Shown: one piece after another, positions 1 to 7,704 of the stretch
Layout of the letters: every line of letters starts with the position of its first letter
Numbering within the stretch: the stretch's first letter is position 1
NCBI GenBank assembly: GCA_964425325.1
Contig: CAYRLX010000005.1
Location: 1-60,454, forward strand
Source: an uncultured Muribaculaceae bacterium
Lineage (GTDB): Bacteria; Bacillota_I; Bacilli_A; RF39; UBA660
Direction of reading: 5' to 3'
Length of the DNA stretch: 60,454 nucleotides
Made by a program: the position numbers and the translations under genes
The notes under the pieces: generated by a model
Seen by the model: only the letters and a program-made list of their open reading frames with translations
Databases searched by the model: none
What the model was told of the DNA's origin: nothing

Positions 1-59
1 CACAATTTTATTGAACTGTTTTTTTATTTTTGTCTACTCTAAGGGGTGCATTTCAAAAG

Positions 60-749
60 TTAACTGTTTTTTTTATCTCTTCTTCCATAAACAAGCACTA
101 ATCTTAAAATCTGAATCAAAGCAGAAGCTACACTTGCAACATAAGTTAAAGCAGCAGCTATTAATACTTTCTTACCACTCTCATATTCTTTTTCATCTAA
201 ATACTTATATTTTTTAACTTCGGAAAGAGCTCTTTTACTCGCATCAATTTCAACAGGTAATGTAACAACTTGAAATAAAAGAATAACACATTCAAGTAAT
301 ATTCCAAGTTTTATAATGCCAAATATACCAGTAAAGCAACCAATTACAATAGCTAAATATCCAGCATAAGAAGAAAAATTTACTATTGGAACTAATGAAG
401 CCCTTAATCTTAAAAAATAATAATTTTCCTTATCCTGAATTGCATGACCACACTCATGAGCAGCCACACTAACAGAAGAAATAGATGCTTCATCATAATT
501 ACTTTTAGAAAGTCTTACAACTTTAGAAGAAGGATCGTAATGATCTGATAAATAACCAGAAACTGATACAACCTCAACATTCTTAAGCCCATTATTATCA
601 AGTATCTTTCTAGCTACTTCTCTACCTGTCATACCATTGCTATTCTTAACCAAACTATATTTCTTATAAGTAGAAGTAATATAAGCCTGAGCAAAAGAAG
701 TAATAATAAAAGCTATAAAAGTTAATCCATATACTACTATATCATTCAC
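60..749 (-). CDS. membrane Zn-metallopeptidase, YugP / Zn_peptidase_2 family
   Basis: 229-aa ORF with HExxH motif in AAHECGHAIQ and hydrophobic helices at both ends. GTG start lies 9 nt after AAGGA. Confidence 0.8.
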   Translation of the reverse strand: MNDIVVYGLTFIAFIITSFAQAYITSTYKKYSLVKNSNGMTGREVARKILDNNGLKNVEVVSVSGYLSDHYDPSSKVVRLSKSNYDEASISSVSVAAHECGHAIQDKENYYFLRLRASLVPIVNFSSYAGYLAIVIGCFTGIFGIIKLGILLECVILLFQVVTLPVEIDASKRALSEVKKYKYLDEKEYESGKKVLIAAALTYVASVASALIQILRLVLVYGRRDKKNS

Positions 750-853
750 ATAACCACATCCTTAAAATCATTATATCATAAAAAAATATATAAAATTAAA
801 TAATAATATAACTAACCGACATTATGTGCTAAAATGATTATGGAGGTTATATA

Positions 854-1096
854 ATGAAAAAATGTAATGACTGTAACATAGAAATGATTGATAATTGTAT
901 AGTTGAAGGACAGCATCCCTTTGAAGTAGGCACAAATGGTAGAACGGATATATCAATTCATATTCCAACAAATGAAAAAGGCAATTTTTTAGGAATAGAA
1001 TACGACAAAAAAATAAGACTACCATTAAAAGCAAGAGTATGTCCGAATTGCGGAAAAGTAGAATCATACGTAGATTTAAAGAACAAAAAAATATAA
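854..1096 (+). CDS. small zinc-ribbon protein (two CxxC pairs), function unknown
   Basis: 80-aa ORF with a GGAGG RBS just upstream of the ATG. CNDC near the N-terminus and CPNC near the C-terminus. Confidence 0.55.
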   Translation: MKKCNDCNIEMIDNCIVEGQHPFEVGTNGRTDISIHIPTNEKGNFLGIEYDKKIRLPLKARVCPNCGKVESYVDLKNKKI

Positions 1097-1209
1097 AAAA
1101 AGCTCATTTTTATAGATTTACATAATAATTTAAAAAAATACCATATTCTATATAAACATTCCAAAAAAAGAAATAAAAAAAAGCAGCAAAGCTACTTTCA
1201 TATCCTTAA

Positions 1210-1285
1210 TGGCAGGGGAAGCAGGATTTGAACCCACGACATTCGGTTTTGGAGACCGACGTTCTACCAGCTGAACTATTCCCCT
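1210..1285 (-). tRNA. trnW: tRNA-Trp (anticodon CCA)
   Basis: The reverse complement reads AGGGGAATAGTTCAGCTGGTAGAACGTCGGTCTCCAAAACCGAATGTCGTGGGTTCAAATCCTGCTTCCCCTGCCA. It has a 7-bp acceptor stem AGGGGAA/TTCCCCT, anticodon loop CTCCAAA, a GTTCAAATC T-loop and an encoded CCA; 76 nt. Confidence 0.9.
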
Positions 1286-1361
1286 AAGTCGCTAAAAAAA
1301 TTATAACACATTACCTCAACTAATTCAAGTTTTTTCATATAATGATAATGGTGATTTAACT

Positions 1362-1787
1362 ATGATTATAAATTACACAAATAAAGAAAAAGAATTACTC
1401 GCAAGAATAATGAGAGCTGAAGCCATTGGAGAAGGAGATTTAGGAATGCTTATGGTAGGAAATGTAGTAGTAAATAGAGCCTTAGCAAATTGCTTAACTT
1501 TTAAAAATACAAGAACTATAACAGAAGTATTATATCAAAATCCAGGCGGATTTTCTGGAGTAGATAGCCCTCTATTTTTTAGTAACCCTACAACCATAGA
1601 GCAGAATCTAGCTGAAAGAGTATTAAGAGGAGAATACTATTATCCTGCAACAAATGCCCTTTGGTTTTACGCACCAAAAGGAAACGAAAACTGTAATATT
1701 ACATGGTGGGGACAACAAAATAGCGGAAGGTATAAAAGTCATTGTTTCTATATACCAGAAAAAGGAATATGCAACGAAATAAGATAA
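1362..1787 (+). CDS. cell wall hydrolase, SleB-like (Hydrolase_2) domain only
   Basis: 141 aa. The LLARIMRAEAIGEGDLGMLMVGNVVVNRA signature is typical of SleB/CwlJ-type spore cortex hydrolases. Confidence 0.8.
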   Translation: MIINYTNKEKELLARIMRAEAIGEGDLGMLMVGNVVVNRALANCLTFKNTRTITEVLYQNPGGFSGVDSPLFFSNPTTIEQNLAERVLRGEYYYPATNALWFYAPKGNENCNITWWGQQNSGRYKSHCFYIPEKGICNEIR

Positions 1788-1799
1788 AAGAGACTATTT

Positions 1800-2855
1800 C
1801 TAGTCTCCTATTTTATGAGTTAACTTAAGTGTTAGCTCTTTTTCTTTACCACCTCGTAATATAGTAAGCTTTATAGTATCTCCAATATTATGTTTATATA
1901 GTAAAAATTTCAAATGAGCTGAACTCTTAACCTTAGTTCCATCAAACTTAGTTATAATATCACCTTGCTCTATACCAGCAGCTTCTGCATCAGAACCTTG
2001 TTGAACACCACCAACAACAATACCACCATCAATACCACTAGTAAGCTGAGTATTGGAAGTATCGTATGTAGAAACACCAATTAAAGGTCTTTCAATTACT
2101 TCACCTTTTTCAAGCTTGCTAATCTGTGACATCGCAACTTCAATTGGAATAGCAAACCCCATTCCCTCAACAGAATTTTCAATAAGTTTAACAGAATTAA
2201 CGCCAATTACTTCACCATTTATATTAACAAGTGGGCCACCACTATTACCAGGATTGATAGATGCATCTATTTGAACAGCTTCCATCATATAAGTAACACC
2301 ATTATTAGTAATAGTTATCTCTCTATTTTCGCCAGATATAATACCCTTGGTAACAGTTCCTGCATAATCAGTACTTACTGGTGTTCCAACTGTAAAAACA
2401 GTATCACCCAATTTAGATTTAGTACTTTCACCTATCTCAGCAATAGCTTTAACATCATCCGCATCAATAGAAACAGCTGCAACATCCATATAACTATCAG
2501 TTCCAAGAACTTTAGCGTCAACATCATCTCCATTACTTAGAGTGACCTTAATTTCTGTAGCGCCCTCAACAACATGATTATTAGTCATAATATATCCATA
2601 TTTATCATCTTTTTTATAAACGAAACCAGATCCATATCCAGCAAGTCTTCCATTTCTATAATTTTTTACAACAACTACAGAATCATAAATTTTCTGAATA
2701 GATTCATTAATAGAATCTTCAGAAGTAATAGTAACATTTTTATTTACACTACTAACTGCAGTACTACTTTTTTGTGAAACAAAATAATACATACAAAAAG
2801 CACCAAAAACAAAAGCTAAAATTATAACTACAAAATTAATTGTTTTTTCTCGCAT
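1800..2855 (-). CDS. htrA: HtrA/DegP-family serine protease with C-terminal PDZ domain
   Basis: 351 aa with an N-terminal TM anchor, catalytic GNSGGPL motif and a PDZ-like tail (GIEQGDIITKFDG). Confidence 0.9.
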   Translation of the reverse strand: MREKTINFVVIILAFVFGAFCMYYFVSQKSSTAVSSVNKNVTITSEDSINESIQKIYDSVVVVKNYRNGRLAGYGSGFVYKKDDKYGYIMTNNHVVEGATEIKVTLSNGDDVDAKVLGTDSYMDVAAVSIDADDVKAIAEIGESTKSKLGDTVFTVGTPVSTDYAGTVTKGIISGENREITITNNGVTYMMEAVQIDASINPGNSGGPLVNINGEVIGVNSVKLIENSVEGMGFAIPIEVAMSQISKLEKGEVIERPLIGVSTYDTSNTQLTSGIDGGIVVGGVQQGSDAEAAGIEQGDIITKFDGTKVKSSAHLKFLLYKHNIGDTIKLTILRGGKEKELTLKLTHKIGD

Positions 2856-2865
2856 AATATACCTC

Positions 2866-3798
2866 CTAATCTAATTCTTTTATATCATAAAAATTACTAG
2901 GGAAACCAATCTTATTTAATATAGTATTCAAAGGAACAGTACTAATCTTTTCATCAAGCAAATCAACTTCATTTTTAATTTCATCAATCATCAAAGAAAA
3001 CTCATTATGAGTAAGCATGTACTTTAAAATAATAACTAAACTAAATAAATCGTTTTTTCCATATAAATATTCATCTTCTTCTTTTTGAATATCAAGTAAT
3101 TTATGGTATTCACAGTCGGGAATACTTCTTTGAACCCTATGATCATATAAAATATCTTCATGAGCACAGACATTCCTAAAATTAGATAGTAATGACAAAT
3201 AAATTCTTAAAGTTTCAGTATCCAAACTATAAGCCTTAGCAATCTCTTCCTTATCCTCTATCTTTAAGATATCATAAAATTCACTCATAATACCAAAAGA
3301 TAGTACTTTAACTAAAATCCAAAGTGGAATAAAACCATAATTATTTATATAGTGATAAGTTGCTGTATGCTTACTACCATTTATTCTAATCTGTCTTCTA
3401 ACCTTATTTAAAACGTCACGAACTTGTCTAGCCTGCAAACCATCAGAAGAGAAATTCTTTACATCTAGATAGTCTTTTTCCTTATAACCATACTTCTTAG
3501 ATAGTTGATAACTCATAATAGACTTAATATTGTTTTCCACAATTAAAATATTTTTAAAAAATATATTTCTTATTCTACGGTCAAATACAAAAGTAGCATA
3601 TAATTCCTCAAAAGTAGTTCCTTCTATAAATAAATCCTTTTTACCATTTTGAGTAAACAAATGACGATAACCACTAATAAAAAAATAATTTTCTCTAAAA
3701 AGAATTTGTCTAGCTCTCTCTTCATCATCAACTAAAAGACCTCTTCTTTTAAAAATATCAACTTGTTCATCCAATGTTCTAAATATCTTACCTGTCAC
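2866..3798 (-). CDS. Abi_2 (AbiD/AbiF-like) abortive-infection protein, HEPN type
   Basis: 310 aa. The N-terminus TLDEQVDIFKRRGLLVDDEE and YFFISGY are typical of Abi_2. Rx4H HEPN motif in FRNVCAHED. GTG start follows AGGTGG. Confidence 0.75.
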   Translation of the reverse strand: MTGKIFRTLDEQVDIFKRRGLLVDDEERARQILFRENYFFISGYRHLFTQNGKKDLFIEGTTFEELYATFVFDRRIRNIFFKNILIVENNIKSIMSYQLSKKYGYKEKDYLDVKNFSSDGLQARQVRDVLNKVRRQIRINGSKHTATYHYINNYGFIPLWILVKVLSFGIMSEFYDILKIEDKEEIAKAYSLDTETLRIYLSLLSNFRNVCAHEDILYDHRVQRSIPDCEYHKLLDIQKEEDEYLYGKNDLFSLVIILKYMLTHNEFSLMIDEIKNEVDLLDEKISTVPLNTILNKIGFPSNFYDIKELD

Positions 3799-3845
3799 AT
3801 TACCACCTATCTTACATTATAACACAAAAAAGAAACTTTATTTAA

Positions 3846-4508
3846 TTAAGTTTCAAAATATTTATAAATACCTTCTTTAATAACATTTACAAGTTTATTT
3901 TGGTATACATCACTAGTAAGCAAAGATCTTTCACTAGAGTTAGATAAAAAGCCAACTTCTAATAAAACACCAGGCCTATTAATTCTCCTTTGCAAATACT
4001 TCGTACTGTTTTCTTTAAAATTTCTATTACTACTCAAATGCCTATTAAATTCTTCTTGAAAAATAGAAGCAATTTTTTCATTTTCAGGATTAATAGTATC
4101 AAAGTATGCCTCAGCACCACGAAGAACACCACTATCATCAGCATTTAAATGAATAGACAAATATAAATCACAATTAGACTTGTTAATTATATTAGCTCTT
4201 CTAGATAAATCACTTCTTTTCCTATTCCATGCATCAGGAGTAGATAAATCATAATCACCATATCTAGTAAGATATACTGTAGCTCCTTCTTTTTTAAGCA
4301 CGTCCATAAGCTTAATACTAATTTCTAAATTAACATCAGACTCTTTAACATTCTTATAATAAGCTCCGCAGTCAGCACCACCATGCCCTGGATCAATATA
4401 AATAACCTTAGAAAGTAATTCCTTACCATCATCTTTAGCAAACACTCCGTTTACCAAACATAAAATAATACTTAAAAAGATTAAAACAATATATTTATAT
4501 TTACTCAC
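3846..4508 (-). CDS. cwlD: N-acetylmuramoyl-L-alanine amidase (Amidase_3), CwlD-like
   Basis: 220 aa with an N-terminal signal/anchor, IDPGHGGADCGA and SIHLNA motifs. Size and architecture match the germination-specific CwlD. Confidence 0.75.
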   Translation of the reverse strand: MSKYKYIVLIFLSIILCLVNGVFAKDDGKELLSKVIYIDPGHGGADCGAYYKNVKESDVNLEISIKLMDVLKKEGATVYLTRYGDYDLSTPDAWNRKRSDLSRRANIINKSNCDLYLSIHLNADDSGVLRGAEAYFDTINPENEKIASIFQEEFNRHLSSNRNFKENSTKYLQRRINRPGVLLEVGFLSNSSERSLLTSDVYQNKLVNVIKEGIYKYFET

Positions 4509-4575
4509 AAAACCACCTATATAAATATATGATTATAAATAATAATTAATTAAAAAAAACAAGCTAAAAGCTTGC

Positions 4576-5148
4576 TTAAACTAAATAACCAATGACAACA
4601 AGCTGCTTATCTTGACCTTTGCATGTTATCATCGTAATTGTACTTCTATTTTTATCTCTTTTTATTGAAACCTTACCTGTTTTTAAAACATCATACTTAT
4701 CTGAAATAATATATTTATAATCATTTTTTAAGTAATTTACAAAAACTTCATCACCAATTTCTAACTTATCCAAATCATGAAAATAAGCAATAGAAGAAAA
4801 ACCACTATGAGCAGCTAATATAAAATTACCATTAACCTCATCTGGCATATTAGATTCTTTTATTATCTGAATATTTTTATCCACAGTATTTTTACTAGAA
4901 TTAAGAGGATACAAATTTCTATTAATTCTAATTTTAGGAATCCTCACACTAGCAAACACCTCTTCTTTTTTATTATCTTCAGGGATAGAAATATTAGTAG
5001 AATCAGCATTAGTCTCAGAACTATTATGAGAATTTTTAACAATATTTACATTATCAATTTTATGATAAGAATAAATATTGCTTAAACAATATACATATAT
5101 AAAAATAATAAAGGAAATTAATAAAAATCTAACTAACTTTAATCGCAT
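4576..5148 (-). CDS. sortase family transpeptidase
   Basis: 190 aa with an N-terminal TM anchor, LAAHSG histidine motif and TMITC catalytic cysteine motif (TLxTC-like). Overlaps the upstream substrate gene by 20 nt. Confidence 0.8.
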   Translation of the reverse strand: MRLKLVRFLLISFIIFIYVYCLSNIYSYHKIDNVNIVKNSHNSSETNADSTNISIPEDNKKEEVFASVRIPKIRINRNLYPLNSSKNTVDKNIQIIKESNMPDEVNGNFILAAHSGFSSIAYFHDLDKLEIGDEVFVNYLKNDYKYIISDKYDVLKTGKVSIKRDKNRSTITMITCKGQDKQLVVIGYLV

Positions 5149-6028
5149 AAATAACCATTAAAGTACCAGATATAATCATACATAAAGATCCAAAGATATT
5201 TAAGTTAACTCCAGTATCAGGAACTGATACAATTTCCTCTTCTACCGGCTTTTCCTTATTACTAATTTTAAAAGAAACTTCTTTTTCATTAGATATCCTA
5301 AGAGCAGCTAAAGACTGAGAATTTCTTCTATAGTAAACAACTAATGGCATATTATCATAGTGTTTTCTCGTTAAAGTAATAGTTTCATCAGAAACTTTTT
5401 CATTATTAAGTTTTATTTTTAAAGTGTTTCCTTCACGAGTAATCTCATGATATTTACTCGAAGAAATATCATAATTATCTAAAACATTATTTTCATCAGT
5501 TAAAATAATTTCATCACCCAAATAACCAGAAACCTCAGAAGATGAAAAACTAGGTATAAGAGAATGACTATTAACTAAAGCTTCAATATCTGACTTTTCC
5601 TTACTAACATCAATTACACTACCAGTCTTATTAATACCAGTGGTCCAAGATACTTCGATATCAGGACGAACTACCTTCCAAATAAGTTCTTGAGCGGCAA
5701 TATAATATCTATCAGTCTGATGGCCTGGATATTCATAACCATAATAACCCACTTTTTCGATATAATCACGGACTTCTTCTGATAAACTAACTGAAGACCA
5801 ATCAGTCTCTGTATATGTATTAGTTTTAATCTCAGCACCTGGTTCTATACAATAAGCAATCCTTCCACCTAGATGAAAACTAGTTACATGATTTGAATCT
5901 AAAACACCATTAATAACCTGATTATAATATATTCCATTAAGTCTCACATAAGAAATATTAACCTCATCAGCATAAGCAGGCTTCATAAAAAGAAATAAAA
6001 ACATTACAGCAAAAACTACTTTTTTCAT
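5129..6028 (-). CDS. sortase-anchored surface protein with a putative Cys-Gln thioester domain (TED/TQxA-like)
   Basis: 299 aa. Signal peptide ends ..PAYA|DE. AYCIEPG (Cys60) and GYEYPG...IAAQELIW (Gln113) resemble TED motifs. C-terminal VPDTG is followed by a hydrophobic helix. Confidence 0.55.
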   Translation of the reverse strand: MKKVVFAVMFLFLFMKPAYADEVNISYVRLNGIYYNQVINGVLDSNHVTSFHLGGRIAYCIEPGAEIKTNTYTETDWSSVSLSEEVRDYIEKVGYYGYEYPGHQTDRYYIAAQELIWKVVRPDIEVSWTTGINKTGSVIDVSKEKSDIEALVNSHSLIPSFSSSEVSGYLGDEIILTDENNVLDNYDISSSKYHEITREGNTLKIKLNNEKVSDETITLTRKHYDNMPLVVYYRRNSQSLAALRISNEKEVSFKISNKEKPVEEEIVSVPDTGVNLNIFGSLCMIISGTLMVIYAIKVS

Positions 6029-6116
6029 TTTTTCTCCCTTCTAGCCCCTCTAATATAAACATTCTCCGTTTTTAACTAAAATCCCTCTAAAAATACAAAA
6101 AAAAATTAGAAAATTT

Positions 6117-6767
6117 CTAATTTTTAAACAAATTAAAAGGATATCTTGAAGGCAAAGGAAGAGAAAAAGTCAAATATTCATGCGTAGTAGGATGATAAAA
6201 TGACACTTTATAAGCAAATAAAGCAATATCATCTAAAGAAGCATTATCATTATACTTCTGATCTCCATATAAAGGAAATCCATGATGAGAAAATTGAACT
6301 CTTATCTGATGACTTCTTCCAGTTTTTAAATTAATATCAACCAAGGATAACCCATTTTTAAAACCTTTTTTTACAAAAGAAAGTTCAGCATCCTTACCAT
6401 CTTTAGAAATAAAACTCTTATTTAACTTAGCATTCTTAAGAATTTTATCATTATAAACACCAGAAGAATCTATATTACCACATACCACCGCATAATAGCT
6501 TTTTTTAAATTCATGATTAGCAATCTGACTAGAAAGCCTTTTCGCACCCTTACTAGTTTTAGCAAAAACCATAATTCCAGAAACAGGTCTATCAAGTCTA
6601 TGAACAAGACCTAAATAAACATTTCCAGGTTTATTATATTTTTTCTTTATATAATTTTTAAGCATGCTTAAAAAATCAATATCACCACTTTTGTCAGCTT
6701 GAACAGGAATACCTATAGGTTTAACAACTATAAGAAGATGATTATCTTCATATATTACATCAATCAT
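6117..6767 (-). CDS. RluA-family pseudouridine synthase (no S4 domain)
   Basis: HRLDRPVSG catalytic motif. N-terminus MIDVIYEDNHLLIVVKP is typical. The ATG at 6767 is preferred over the upstream GTG at 6794. Confidence 0.85.
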   Translation of the reverse strand: MIDVIYEDNHLLIVVKPIGIPVQADKSGDIDFLSMLKNYIKKKYNKPGNVYLGLVHRLDRPVSGIMVFAKTSKGAKRLSSQIANHEFKKSYYAVVCGNIDSSGVYNDKILKNAKLNKSFISKDGKDAELSFVKKGFKNGLSLVDINLKTGRSHQIRVQFSHHGFPLYGDQKYNDNASLDDIALFAYKVSFYHPTTHEYLTFSLPLPSRYPFNLFKN

Positions 6768-7632
6768 TACTTTCCCATCTTCCGTATATTCCACAAGGTA
6801 AAACCAAATTATTTTTAGTAATTTTAAGACCTACTTCACCAGAATCAATTTTACCATTAGGATAAAGTGGAAGCATCATTGTCTTAAGCATATTAGCAAG
6901 AACTATATTAGAAATCCCAGTAGTGTAAGAATTTATAAGCAAAAATAAAGGTTTATCACTCATGATTTTAAGACACTCTTCAAGTAAATAAGTCATATTT
7001 TTTTCAAACTTCCAAACTTCCTTATTGGGTCCCCTACCATAGCTAGGCGGATCCATCACAATCGCATCATACTTGTTACCGCGTCTAAACTCCCTTTGAA
7101 CAAATTTCAAACAATCATCTACAATAAATCTTATAGGAGCATCATCTAAACCGCATAAATGCTTATTTTCCTTAGCCCATTCAGTCATACCTTTTGAAGC
7201 ATCAACCTGGACAACACTAGCCCCAGCCTTCGCACAAGCCATACTAGCAGCTCCAGTATAAGCAAATAAGTTAAGAACCTTTACCTCTCTACCCGCATTT
7301 CTAATCTTATTCATCATAAAATCCCAATTAACAGCTTGTTCAGGAAATAAACCAGTATGTTTAAAATTAGTAGGAGTAACTTTAAAAGTAAGCTCCTTAT
7401 AACTAACAGTCCAGTATTCAGGTAATTTAGAATTAAAATCCCAGTATCCTCCGCCTCTATCAGATCTATGATAAAATCCATCCAATTTATTCCAAGACTT
7501 ATCAAAACCAATACTCCACATAGCTTGAGGATCAGGCCTTCTTAAAATAATATTTCCCCATCTCTCAAGCTTCTCACCACATCCGGCATCTAAACATTCA
7601 TAGTCTTTCCATTCATCACTAATTTTAAGCAT
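6760..7632 (-). CDS. class I SAM-dependent (rRNA-type) methyltransferase, RlmI/RlmK-like
   Basis: FAYTGAAS SAM-binding motif and VMDPPSYG motif IV. ATG at 7632 follows GGTGA; the ORF-track start at 7644 is TTG. Confidence 0.75.
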   Translation of the reverse strand: MLKISDEWKDYECLDAGCGEKLERWGNIILRRPDPQAMWSIGFDKSWNKLDGFYHRSDRGGGYWDFNSKLPEYWTVSYKELTFKVTPTNFKHTGLFPEQAVNWDFMMNKIRNAGREVKVLNLFAYTGAASMACAKAGASVVQVDASKGMTEWAKENKHLCGLDDAPIRFIVDDCLKFVQREFRRGNKYDAIVMDPPSYGRGPNKEVWKFEKNMTYLLEECLKIMSDKPLFLLINSYTTGISNIVLANMLKTMMLPLYPNGKIDSGEVGLKITKNNLVLPCGIYGRWESND

Positions 7633-7704
7633 AAAAATCACCAAAGTTATTATAACATAAATTATAAAAACTATGTTATAATTAAAATAAAAGGATGTGT
7701 CGCT

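Noticed and set aside
11-1164. ORFs 11-217 (+), 822-1067 (-) and 958-1164 (-)
   Set aside because: They are antisense to, or overlap, the better-supported metallopeptidase and zinc-ribbon genes, and their translations are low complexity.
2053-2777. Plus-strand ORFs 2053-2274, 2271-2540 and 2574-2777
   Set aside because: They are antisense to htrA and have no independent support.
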